Positions 8,049-16,343 of a stretch of DNA of 26,816 nt are shown piece by piece. The DNA lies in contig CAZBWF010000001.1 of assembly GCA_964495675.1 (NCBI GenBank), positions 3,114 to 29,929 on the forward strand, in the 5' to 3' direction. Below the pieces are notes generated by a model. That model saw only the letters and a list, made by a program, of their open reading frames with translations, was not told where the DNA came from and ran no database searches. Every line of letters begins with the position of its first letter. Position 1 is the first letter of the stretch. A program made the position numbers and the translations under genes. Source of the DNA: an uncultured Gammaproteobacteria bacterium (GTDB lineage: Bacteria; Patescibacteriota; Patescibacteriia; UBA2169).

Positions 8049-9254
8049 ATGTCAGTACGCGATTCAGTTCCGGGCGAGGTTTCTGAAGAGTCCGCTCAAA
8101 AGCGCGGAGGAGGCCCGGCTATTATTGAACTTCCGCATGCAAGCCGCGAAATGGCTGCTCTGCTTGCTCATGAATCTTCAAGCCCGGGCACCTCTCCGCG
8201 CGTGGGCGATTTGGTAACCGGCACGGTTGCGAATATTTCAAAAAACGGGGTGGTTATTGATATCGGCGGCCGGCTCACGGGCTTGGTTCGGGGCAAGGAG
8301 CTCGAGGACGAGTCAGGCCAGTATTCGCGGCTCGCGCTGGGCGCAACCGTTGAGGCCACCATCGTGGAAGCCGAAAACGAGCAGGGCATGCTCGAACTCT
8401 CGGTCCGGCAGGCCGGCCACCGCAAGGCGTGGGGCTACCTTGAGGAGCTCGCCGCCTCCGGCGAGACCGTGGGCGCGAAAATCATTGACGCCAACAAGGG
8501 CGGGCTCATGGTGAAGGTTGGAAACGTCGAGGGGTTCTTGCCGGTTTCCCAGCTCACGGTGGAGCACTATCCGCGCGTGGAGGGCGGAGATAAAAACCGC
8601 ATTCTCGAACGACTCAAGACGTTCATCGGCGAAACATTCCAAGTGAAGGTGATTACGGTTAAGGAGAGCGAGGAGAAGCTCATTGTTTCCGAAAAGCTCG
8701 CATGGGAAAAAGAGCAGAACAAGCTGCTCGCGCAGTACGGCGTGGGCGATGCTGTGGAAGGCGTGGTCACGGGCGTGGTCGATTTTGGCGCGTTCGTGGA
8801 ATTCGGAGACGGACTCGAGGGGCTCGTGCATATTTCCGAACTCGCTTGGCAGCGCATCGAAAATCCGCGCGATATTATTAAGGTCGGGGAACGCGTTTCC
8901 GCAAAAATCATCGCCATCGAAGATGGCCGCGTTTCGCTCTCGGTGAAGCGCCTCTCGCCCGACCCATGGAAGCAGGTGGCTGAAAAGTATGCCGCGGGGC
9001 AGGTGGTTTCCGGAACCGTGCTCAAGCTTTCTCCTTATGGCGCGTTCGTGGAGCTTGATCCTGACATCCATGGCTTGGCGCACGTTTCCGAGCTTGGCGC
9101 AGGTTCGGGCGTTCGGCCGAGCGATATGCTGAAACCCGGCGACGTTCGCCAATTTAAGATTCTTTCGCTCGAGCCGGCCGCTCACCGCTTGGGATTGGCG
9201 CTTGCTGACGAGAGTGCGCCGAGCACGTCGACGCCGGATGAGGCCGCGAGCTAA
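8049..9254 (+). CDS. rpsA: 30S ribosomal protein S1 (four S1 domains)
   Basis: 401 aa; S1 repeats 'GDLVTGTV', 'ANKGGLMV..EGFLPVSQL', 'VVDFGAFVEF..GLEGLVHISEL', 'PYGAFVEL..IHGLAHVSEL'. Confidence 0.9.
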   Translation: MSVRDSVPGEVSEESAQKRGGGPAIIELPHASREMAALLAHESSSPGTSPRVGDLVTGTVANISKNGVVIDIGGRLTGLVRGKELEDESGQYSRLALGATVEATIVEAENEQGMLELSVRQAGHRKAWGYLEELAASGETVGAKIIDANKGGLMVKVGNVEGFLPVSQLTVEHYPRVEGGDKNRILERLKTFIGETFQVKVITVKESEEKLIVSEKLAWEKEQNKLLAQYGVGDAVEGVVTGVVDFGAFVEFGDGLEGLVHISELAWQRIENPRDIIKVGERVSAKIIAIEDGRVSLSVKRLSPDPWKQVAEKYAAGQVVSGTVLKLSPYGAFVELDPDIHGLAHVSELGAGSGVRPSDMLKPGDVRQFKILSLEPAAHRLGLALADESAPSTSTPDEAAS

Positions 9255-9260
9255 CCGCAT

Positions 9261-11075
9261 ATGCGAGGATTGTTCAAAAATTTTGCCATTTTTCTCTTGG
9301 CGTTCATGGTGATTGCCGGGCTCCTCTCCGCGGCTTCTTCTCCGTGGCAAGAGGAGGAATCCATTCTGTTCAGCGGCCGCGTTGCCAAAGTTGCCGAGGG
9401 CGACGTGTCCTCAATAACGGTTTCGGGCGACGAGCTTGCGGTGGTGCTCAAGGACGGGTCGGAGGTGCTGTCGCACAAAGAATCCGGCGGGACGCTCGCA
9501 GATCTCCTGAAGGCATACGGCCTTTCCGAGGAAGCGCTCCGGAGCGTGAACATTGAGGCGGAGAAGCACTCGGGCGCTGCGGTATGGTTTGCCACACTTG
9601 CCCCGTTTCTCGTGCCGCTCCTCCTTATTATTGTTTTTATTTGGTTCATGATGCGCCCGGCTCAGGGAGCCAATAACCGCGCCATGCTGTTTGGGAGCAG
9701 CCCCGCGCGCGAAGAGGGCTCAGCGCGCCAGCGCAAAAAAACCACCTTTGCCGACGTGGCAGGCAACACCGAGGCCAAACAGGAGCTCGAGGAGATTATT
9801 GAGTTCTTGCGCCAGCCGCAGAAATTTTTGAAGCTCGGGGCCCGCATTCCCAAAGGAGTTCTGCTTGTCGGGCCTCCGGGCACTGGCAAAACCCTTCTGG
9901 CCCGAGCTGTTGCCGGAGAGGCGAATGCCCCGTTTTTTCACATGTCGGGCTCTGAATTTGTGGAGATGTTCGTGGGCGTGGGCGCTTCGCGCGTGCGCGA
10001 TTTGTTCCGCCGCGCCAAGAAGAGCGCGCCCTCTATTGTATTTATTGACGAGCTGGATGCGGTCGGCCGCCAGCGCGGCGCGGGCTTGGGCGGCTCGCAC
10101 GATGAGCGCGAGCAGACGCTCAATCAAATTCTCGTTGAAATGGACGGCTTTGACACGGACACCAATGTAATCGTAACCGCCGCGACTAACCGGCCGGATG
10201 TTTTAGATCCGGCGCTGTTGCGTCCGGGCAGGTTTGACCGCCGCGTTGCCATTGATTTGCCGGACATTGCCGAGCGCGAAGCCATCCTAACGCTGCACGC
10301 CAAGGGCAAGCCCATGGGTCCTGACGTCAACATCCGCAAGGTTGCGGAGCGCACTCCGGGATTTTCGGGGGCCGACCTCTTTAACCTTATCAACGAGGCC
10401 GCCATTCTCACGGCGCGGCGGAACAAGCAGAGTATCAATCAAGGGGAAATTTTCGAGAGCATTGAAAAAGTGATGCTCGGGCCTGAACGCCGCTCGCTCG
10501 TGATGAGCGAGCGCGAAAAGAAAATTACGGCGTACCACGAGGCAGGGCATGCGGTTGTGGCCCACGTGCTCCCGGATGCGGACCCAGTGCAGAAGGTCTC
10601 CGTTATCGCGCGGGTCGGGGCCGGCGGCTATACCATAAAGCTCCCAACCGAGGATAAGCGCTTCCACAGCAAATCCGATTTTGTGGCGGATCTTGCCGTG
10701 CTCCTGGCGGGCCACGCGATTGAAGAGATGGTGTTTTCGGATGTGACCACCGGGGCTTCGAGCGATCTCCGGCGCGCCACGTCGCTCGCGCGGAGCATTG
10801 TCACCGAGTTCGGCATGAGCGAAAAACTGGGCCCCCGCACGTTCGGCGATTCCGGGGAAATGGTGTTCCTCGGGCGCGATCTCGCCATTCAGCGCGACTA
10901 CAGCGAAAAGGTGGCGCAGTCCATTGACGAAGAGATTTCCAGATTTCTTGGAGAGGCGTCCCGCACAGCCGTGAAAGTCATTAAGGAAAATATGGAGCGC
11001 GTCGAAAAACTTGTGGCGGTTTTGCTTGAAAAGGAAACCGTGGAGGCAGAAGAGTTTGCGGCGCTCATGGCATAG
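9261..11075 (+). CDS. ftsH: ATP-dependent zinc metalloprotease FtsH
   Basis: 604 aa; two N-terminal TM segments, Walker A GPPGTGKT, Walker [12 protein letters not shown] '[20 protein letters not shown]', zinc motif HEAGH. Confidence 0.97.
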   Translation: MRGLFKNFAIFLLAFMVIAGLLSAASSPWQEEESILFSGRVAKVAEGDVSSITVSGDELAVVLKDGSEVLSHKESGGTLADLLKAYGLSEEALRSVNIEAEKHSGAAVWFATLAPFLVPLLLIIVFIWFMMRPAQGANNRAMLFGSSPAREEGSARQRKKTTFADVAGNTEAKQELEEIIEFLRQPQKFLKLGARIPKGVLLVGPPGTGKTLLARAVAGEANAPFFHMSGSEFVEMFVGVGASRVRDLFRRAKKSAPSIVFIDELDAVGRQRGAGLGGSHDEREQTLNQILVEMDGFDTDTNVIVTAATNRPDVLDPALLRPGRFDRRVAIDLPDIAEREAILTLHAKGKPMGPDVNIRKVAERTPGFSGADLFNLINEAAILTARRNKQSINQGEIFESIEKVMLGPERRSLVMSEREKKITAYHEAGHAVVAHVLPDADPVQKVSVIARVGAGGYTIKLPTEDKRFHSKSDFVADLAVLLAGHAIEEMVFSDVTTGASSDLRRATSLARSIVTEFGMSEKLGPRTFGDSGEMVFLGRDLAIQRDYSEKVAQSIDEEISRFLGEASRTAVKVIKENMERVEKLVAVLLEKETVEAEEFAALMA

Positions 11076-11090
11076 ACAAATTGGGGCTTG

Positions 11091-11123
11091 CCCCTCCCCT
11101 CGCGAGGGGAGGGGTTTTTGTTT
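11091..11123 (+). terminator. Intrinsic terminator after ftsH
   Basis: CCCCTCCCCT-CGCG-AGGGGAGGGG (11091-11114) followed by TTTTTGTTT. Confidence 0.88.
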
Positions 11124-11134
11124 CTGGCAAAAAG

Positions 11135-11143
11135 TGGTATAAT
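11135..11143 (+). promoter_or_regulatory. Extended -10 element
   Basis: TGgTATAAT, 13 nt upstream of ATG 11157. Confidence 0.7.
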
Positions 11144-11156
11144 TAAAACAACCTGT

Positions 11157-12149
11157 ATGCCAGAACAACTGTACCGACCCCTGCTCCGCGGGGCGCTTAC
11201 CGCCGTCATCCGGCACCCTTTCTTATGGGTGCTCGGATTTATTGCCGCATTTTTGGGAACCGGCGGAGAGTATGAGTTTCTGCTCAACCTTTACCGCAGT
11301 ACGAGCGAAACGGGGCTGGGGGCGGATTTGGGGATTGCCTCGCTCCTTGGGGTGGTGAGCGAGAATGCGCTTTCCGGCCTCTCGAGCATTGTCGGGTTTT
11401 TTTCCGTCCAGGGCGCTCTCGTGCTCCTTGTTCTCCTTGTTATTGCGGCGATAATGATTGCCATTGTGGTTTCGGCCCAGGGCGGCCTCGTGTGGGCCGC
11501 GGCCCGCGTTATTGAGGACGAACGGGAGACGTTTTTCACCTCGTTCACGCAGGGCTTTTCCCAACTTTGGTCTCTTTTTTTCATTATCGTGGTGACTCGA
11601 TTTTTGGCCTTTTTTGTGTTTTCGGTTGTTGGCCTGCCCCTCCTCGCCGTGCTCATGCAGATTGATGCCCTGTCGGCAACGCAGTCCGTGCTCCTTGTGC
11701 TGTACGTGGTTGGCGCCCCGCTCTTTATACTCTTTTCTCTGATAGGAAAATATGCCACCGCCTTTCGGATGGTTGAGGGCAGAGGCACGCTCGAATCGGT
11801 AAGCCGCGGCATGCGCCTCTTTGCCGAGAACTGGCTCGTATCTGTTGAGATGGCGCTCGTGCTCTTTGTGGCGGTAGTTGCCAGCGGCGTGGCGTTTGTG
11901 CTCGCCATGCTCTTTGTGGCCATCCCGTTTGTCATTGCGGGCTTGGTGCTGGGCTCGGTTTCGGCCATAGGACTTCAGGCCGTGGTGGTTCTGGGAGTGG
12001 CAGTGGTGCTCTTTGCTCTCCTCGTGTTCGGAAGCGTCCTTACCGCTTTTCAGCTCACCGCATGGACCGCGCTTTTCCTCAAGATACGGAGCGGGGCCCA
12101 TCTTTCCAAGCTTATGCGGAGCATTGCTTCTCTTGCCGGCCGCGGCTAA
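11157..12149 (+). CDS. Multi-pass membrane hypothetical protein (about 330 aa; start moved from 11088)
   Basis: MPEQLYRPLLRGALTAVIRHPFLWVLGFIA...; about 6-7 hydrophobic segments. The track start at 11088 lies inside the ftsH terminator and upstream of the promoter. Confidence 0.8.
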   Translation: MPEQLYRPLLRGALTAVIRHPFLWVLGFIAAFLGTGGEYEFLLNLYRSTSETGLGADLGIASLLGVVSENALSGLSSIVGFFSVQGALVLLVLLVIAAIMIAIVVSAQGGLVWAAARVIEDERETFFTSFTQGFSQLWSLFFIIVVTRFLAFFVFSVVGLPLLAVLMQIDALSATQSVLLVLYVVGAPLFILFSLIGKYATAFRMVEGRGTLESVSRGMRLFAENWLVSVEMALVLFVAVVASGVAFVLAMLFVAIPFVIAGLVLGSVSAIGLQAVVVLGVAVVLFALLVFGSVLTAFQLTAWTALFLKIRSGAHLSKLMRSIASLAGRG

Positions 12150-12214
12150 GGTTAGGAGAACCTTGGGGATATGCTGTGGAACGTGAAGGCGTTCTTTTTT
12201 TGGACCGCGTGCGG

Positions 12215-12220
12215 TACAAT
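12215..12220 (+). promoter_or_regulatory. -10-like element 8 nt before the dnaN ATG (possible leaderless mRNA)
   Basis: TACAAT-TACCGCCT-ATG; no convincing -35 and no Shine-Dalgarno. Confidence 0.5.
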
Positions 12221-12228
12221 TACCGCCT

Positions 12229-13323
12229 ATGAAACTATCGTGCACGCAAGAAAATCTGGCCGCCGGCCTTGCCTTGGTGGGGCCGGTTGCCGCTCGCGGC
12301 GGGACGTTGCCTATCTTGGGCAACATTCTCCTTGAGGCGCGGGAGGGGGCGCTGACGCTCTCCGCAACCAACCTCGAGATTGGCGTCACGGCGCACGTCC
12401 GCGGGAAAATCGAGCAGGAGGGGACGTTTACGGTTCTCGGCCGGCTTTTTCACGATTACGTTAATTTGCTTCCGAAAGAAAACGTTGCTCTCGCGCTTGC
12501 GGGCGAGCATCTCTCTATTCGCGCCGGCAACCAACAGACGAAAATCCACGGGCTCTCGGCCGAGGAGTTCCCGGTGATTCCGCGCATTGAGGGCGCTTCC
12601 GCAACCGCGCTCGACGCGGCCGAAATGCACGAAGCGCTCTCCCAAGTGCTGTTTGCTGTTGCCGCAAGCGACGCGCGGCCAGAACTCTCGGGCGTGCTGC
12701 TCCGTTTTTCCGCGGATGCCCTTACGGTGGTTGGCACGGATTCCTACCGCCTGGCCGAGCGTACCGTGCCGCTCAAATCCGGCTCAAACGAACCGCGGGA
12801 TGCCATTGTCCCCCTCCGAACCATGCAGGAGCTTGCGCGCATCTTGGGCGCTGTTTCCGGCGAGCTCTCGATTGCTGCGAGCGAGAATCAGATTCTGTTT
12901 TCAGTTGAGGAGGCGGAGCTCGTTTCGCGCGTTATTGTGGGCACGTTCCCGGACTACCGCCAAATTATTCCCACCGCGAGCAAGACCACAGTAACGCTCG
13001 GGAAAGAGCCGCTCTCGCGCGCCATAAAATCCGCGTCGCTTTTTTGCCGCCAGGGTTTGAACCACGTGTCGCTCCAGTTTTCATCGGACAGAATTTTGGT
13101 TTCGGCCTCTTCATCCCAGGCCGGAGAAAACATGATCGAGGTTCCGGCGAACATTCAGGGGGCGGACGTGGACATTGTGTTCGATTACCGCTTTTTACTC
13201 GACGGCCTTGCCGCGATTCCAGGCTCGGATGTGGTCATTGCACTCAACACCAGCGCAAACCCGGGCGTGCTCACGCCACAAGAGAACGGGTACCTGTATT
13301 TGGTGATGCCCATAAAGCAGTAA
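12229..13323 (+). CDS. dnaN: DNA polymerase III beta sliding clamp
   Basis: 364 aa; 'LPILGNILL', 'ATNLEIG', 'RPELSGV', 'VGTDSYRLAE', 'FPDYRQIIP', C-terminal 'YLVMPI'. Confidence 0.97.
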   Translation: MKLSCTQENLAAGLALVGPVAARGGTLPILGNILLEAREGALTLSATNLEIGVTAHVRGKIEQEGTFTVLGRLFHDYVNLLPKENVALALAGEHLSIRAGNQQTKIHGLSAEEFPVIPRIEGASATALDAAEMHEALSQVLFAVAASDARPELSGVLLRFSADALTVVGTDSYRLAERTVPLKSGSNEPRDAIVPLRTMQELARILGAVSGELSIAASENQILFSVEEAELVSRVIVGTFPDYRQIIPTASKTTVTLGKEPLSRAIKSASLFCRQGLNHVSLQFSSDRILVSASSSQAGENMIEVPANIQGADVDIVFDYRFLLDGLAAIPGSDVVIALNTSANPGVLTPQENGYLYLVMPIKQ

Positions 13324-13328
13324 ACGAA

Positions 13329-13619
13329 ATGTGGCAGCCCCTTTCATCGCTCATCCCGAAAGCGATACAAAAAGCCGGCATCGAAAAATCCGTGAGCGAT
13401 GCCATGGTGTGCGAGGAGTTTGATAGAATCGCGCGCCGCCTTTTGGGCGGCGCCGCAGAACATTGCCACGCCGTGTATTTAAAGAACCGCACCCTATGGG
13501 TTGCGGTTCTTTCGAATGCGGTTTCAAATGAATTAAAACTTTCGGAGCGCGATATCCTCAAGGCCTTGGCCGAGGAGTTTGGGGCGGACAAGGTGGTGGG
13601 CGTACGGTTTATGATGTAG
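13329..13619 (+). CDS. DUF721 / DciA-like protein (96 aa; start moved from 13044)
   Basis: MWQPLSSLIPKAIQKAGIEK...AVYLKNRTLWVAVLSNAVSNELKLSERDILKAL...VRF fits the DUF721 pattern; ATG 5 nt after the dnaN stop. Confidence 0.78.
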   Translation: MWQPLSSLIPKAIQKAGIEKSVSDAMVCEEFDRIARRLLGGAAEHCHAVYLKNRTLWVAVLSNAVSNELKLSERDILKALAEEFGADKVVGVRFMM

Positions 13620-16221
13620 GAAGAAACAGGTTGAAATTCACCTCCACAATGGTCACGTTTTCAATGTCGTCGGCGGCTTGGGCGCGGAGCGTGTAAAAGC
13701 CGTTGGTGAGGCCCGCGGGGTTATAGGAGAACGAATACGGCGCCTCGCGGCTTGAGCCCAAAAAGTTGTCGTTGAGGTAGTAGTCAACCCTAGTTATGCC
13801 CCGCGGCGCAACTGCTTCAACTCGAAATTCAAGCGGCGTGCTCGTGATTGTTCCCCCTTCGGACGGCCCAGTAATGGTAATGCTCGGCAGGTTTTCGGGC
13901 GCGTGGAGGTTGTCGTATTCAGTGGGGATTTCGCCCTCGTCCGCCCCCCAGTCGTTTTCCCCCATCCACCTTTCTACTGCCGCTTCCCATTTGGGGTACA
14001 TAGGGTCGCGGTCGCCCGCATCCGGCTCCGGGCCGCGGGGGTCTTCGGGGTCAACGTAGTGGAGGATGTTGTGCCCCGTGCGGAAGATTTTTTCTTCGAT
14101 GAACGATTGCGGCGTGTGTTCGGTGGCGAGCAGTCCGGAGGCGCGGTCAATTTTGATGGGTGTTCCGCCCTCAAGGTCACCTCGTAAAATTCGCTTTTCT
14201 GGATATTCGATGGCCGGCTTAGTGAACTCGCGCACCTCTTTTCCTTCGAGTGCCGCGCGCATGAAGCGGTTCCAGATGGGCGCGGCCACCACCGAGCCGT
14301 CTGCTCCGCGCCGCATTGCTTTCCCGAAATCGTTGTTGCCAACCCACACGCCGGCCGCAAGCGTTGGCGTGTAGCCCATGGTCCAGGCATCGCGGTAGTC
14401 GTTCGTGGTGCCGGTTTTTGCCGCAACCGGCCGGCTCCCGAGCGTCAGGTAGTTGTTGGCGCCGAACACCGGCGCGCGCGCCTCGTTGTCGGAGAGCACG
14501 TCCGTGAGGAGCCGCGCGATTTCCGGGTCGTACACTCGTTTTTCTTCCGGTGCTTTCCATTGCTCAAGCACGGCGCCGTCTGCGCTCTCCACTTTCAACA
14601 CGGATGCGTACGGCCGGTACACGCCCTCTGCCGCGAACATCGCATAGCCGGCAGTGTGATCCAGGAGGGTAACTTCGGCGCCGCCCAAGACGAGCGAGAG
14701 GCCGTAGCGGCTTGGATTTTCAAACGTGGTATAACCCGCCTCCTCGGCCCGCTTAATCACGTTGCCGGGCCCCGCCAGATAGAGCATTTTTACGGCCGGA
14801 ACGTTGAGCGAGCCGGCCAAAGCGCTGCGGACCGAAACCGGGCCCCCCTCTTTCAAGTCGTAGTTGTGCGGCATGTACTCATTGCCGTCTCCGCCAGCGC
14901 CGAAATTCGTTACCACATCCCAGAGCGTGGTGCGGTCCGTGTAGCCCTTCTCAAATCCGAGCGCGTACACAAAGGGTTTAAACGAAGAGCCGGGCTGGCG
15001 TTTCCCTTGGAGCGGAACATTAAAGTTGCCGTCAATATCCTCGTTGTAGTAGTCCCGCGAACCGACAAATGCCAGAATCTCGCCGGTTGCGGGGTCAATG
15101 GCAACGAGCGCGGCGTTCGACGCGTTGTACTGCTCCTGGTTCCGCTCGGCAAACTCATCAATCGCGGCTTCGGCGGCTTGCTGCATATCCCAGTCAAGCG
15201 TGGTAATCACCTTGAGTCCGCCCTGTTCAACCTCGCGCTCCCCATACTTTTCCGCCAGCCGCTCGCGCACCATAATCACAAAATGTTCGGCCGCATTCAA
15301 TTGGTTCGCGCGCTCGGAGAACACAAGCTCTTCGGCGCGGGCGCTTTCGGCCTCTTCGGGCGTAATGTGCTCTGCCTCCTCCAAGAGGCCGATGATGTGG
15401 TCCTTGCGGCCGAGGAGCTTGTCTTTATTCGAGCCGTAGGGCGAGTAGTAGGTGGTTGCGCGCGGCAGAGCGGCGAGCGCCGCGGCCTCGGCAATGGTAA
15501 GATCTTTTGCGGATTTGTTAAAGTAGAGTCGAGCTGCTGACTCAATGCCGTAGGCGTTTGAGCCGTACGGTATTTCGTTAAAGTAGAGCTGGAGGATTTG
15601 GTCTTTCGCGAACTTGCGCTCAATCTGGTAGGCGAGCACCAGTTCTTTCATTTTGCGCGAGAGCGCTTTTTCGTTGCTAAGGAGCGCGTTTTTAACGAGC
15701 TGCTGGGTGAGCGTTGAGCCGCCCTGTGCGGCGCTGAACGTGACGAGATCTGTCAGCGCGGCGCGCACAATGCCTTTCAAATCAAACCCCCCGTGGCCGT
15801 AGAAGTTTTTGTCTTCAACCAGAATGGTTCCCCACTTGAGGTAGTCGGGAATCTGCTCAAGCGGAATAATGGTGCGCCGCTCTGCGCCGTGCACTTCAAA
15901 GAGCAAGTGCTCCCCGGTGCGGTCGTAGATTTTGGTGGATTGCGCAACCGAACGGTCTATGATTTTGTCGGGCCGGGGCAGATCCCGCGAGTACCAGGCG
16001 AACAAGGTGAGCAGTATGAGAATGCCGAGGCCTGCGGCTATGAACGCATAGGGCAGGAGCGCTTGCGCGACACCGCGCACGCCCCGCCCGCGGAGCGAGC
16101 GCAGAAACGCTCCTGCGCCCCCCGCGCGCCCAAACGAAGGCCTGCGGACGGGGCCGGGGAATTTTTTGCCGCGGTGTTCGTCTTTCCACGATTTGCTGTA
16201 TTTGAGGTGGGGGATGGGCAT
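13609..16221 (-). CDS. Class A (bifunctional) penicillin-binding protein, PBP1A family, with C-terminal Ig-like domain; start moved from 16335
   Basis: Transglycosylase 'EDKNFY.H.G', 'QGGSTLTQQLVKN'; transpeptidase SxxK 'SSFK', 'SLN', 'KTGTT'; C-terminal beta-sandwich 'ITITGPSEGG...VDYYLND...PYSFSY'. TATAAT at 16250-16255 (minus) supports the MPIPHLK start. Confidence 0.93.
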   Translation of the reverse strand: MPIPHLKYSKSWKDEHRGKKFPGPVRRPSFGRAGGAGAFLRSLRGRGVRGVAQALLPYAFIAAGLGILILLTLFAWYSRDLPRPDKIIDRSVAQSTKIYDRTGEHLLFEVHGAERRTIIPLEQIPDYLKWGTILVEDKNFYGHGGFDLKGIVRAALTDLVTFSAAQGGSTLTQQLVKNALLSNEKALSRKMKELVLAYQIERKFAKDQILQLYFNEIPYGSNAYGIESAARLYFNKSAKDLTIAEAAALAALPRATTYYSPYGSNKDKLLGRKDHIIGLLEEAEHITPEEAESARAEELVFSERANQLNAAEHFVIMVRERLAEKYGEREVEQGGLKVITTLDWDMQQAAEAAIDEFAERNQEQYNASNAALVAIDPATGEILAFVGSRDYYNEDIDGNFNVPLQGKRQPGSSFKPFVYALGFEKGYTDRTTLWDVVTNFGAGGDGNEYMPHNYDLKEGGPVSVRSALAGSLNVPAVKMLYLAGPGNVIKRAEEAGYTTFENPSRYGLSLVLGGAEVTLLDHTAGYAMFAAEGVYRPYASVLKVESADGAVLEQWKAPEEKRVYDPEIARLLTDVLSDNEARAPVFGANNYLTLGSRPVAAKTGTTNDYRDAWTMGYTPTLAAGVWVGNNDFGKAMRRGADGSVVAAPIWNRFMRAALEGKEVREFTKPAIEYPEKRILRGDLEGGTPIKIDRASGLLATEHTPQSFIEEKIFRTGHNILHYVDPEDPRGPEPDAGDRDPMYPKWEAAVERWMGENDWGADEGEIPTEYDNLHAPENLPSITITGPSEGGTITSTPLEFRVEAVAPRGITRVDYYLNDNFLGSSREAPYSFSYNPAGLTNGFYTLRAQAADDIENVTIVEVNFNLFLPTS

Positions 16222-16249
16222 CTTGTCAGCTGGGTAAGAAGGTGGTTTA

Positions 16250-16255
16250 ATTATA
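16250..16255 (-). promoter_or_regulatory. -10 element for the PBP gene
   Basis: TATAAT on the minus strand, 28 nt upstream of ATG 16221. Confidence 0.55.
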
Positions 16256-16343
16256 ACTTCAAAAGGAAAGTTATTCAATTTGGTTGCCGAATATTTCGTG
16301 TACGCTATACTAGAGCAAAGAGCGGCATGTAGCAAACAATTCT

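Noticed and set aside
8313-11216. Minus-strand ORFs of 345, 309 and 152 aa opposite rpsA and ftsH
   Set aside because: Fully antisense to conserved genes with no recognisable protein features.
12148-12185. AAGGTT/AACCTT hairpin (12148-12164) and TGTGGAACG as terminator or DnaA box before dnaN
   Set aside because: The stem is only 6 bp with no adjacent U-tract; the box has two mismatches and stands alone.
11223-12389. 388-aa minus-strand ORF opposite the membrane protein
   Set aside because: Its His/Lys/Glu-rich composition is what the reverse complement of hydrophobic codons produces.
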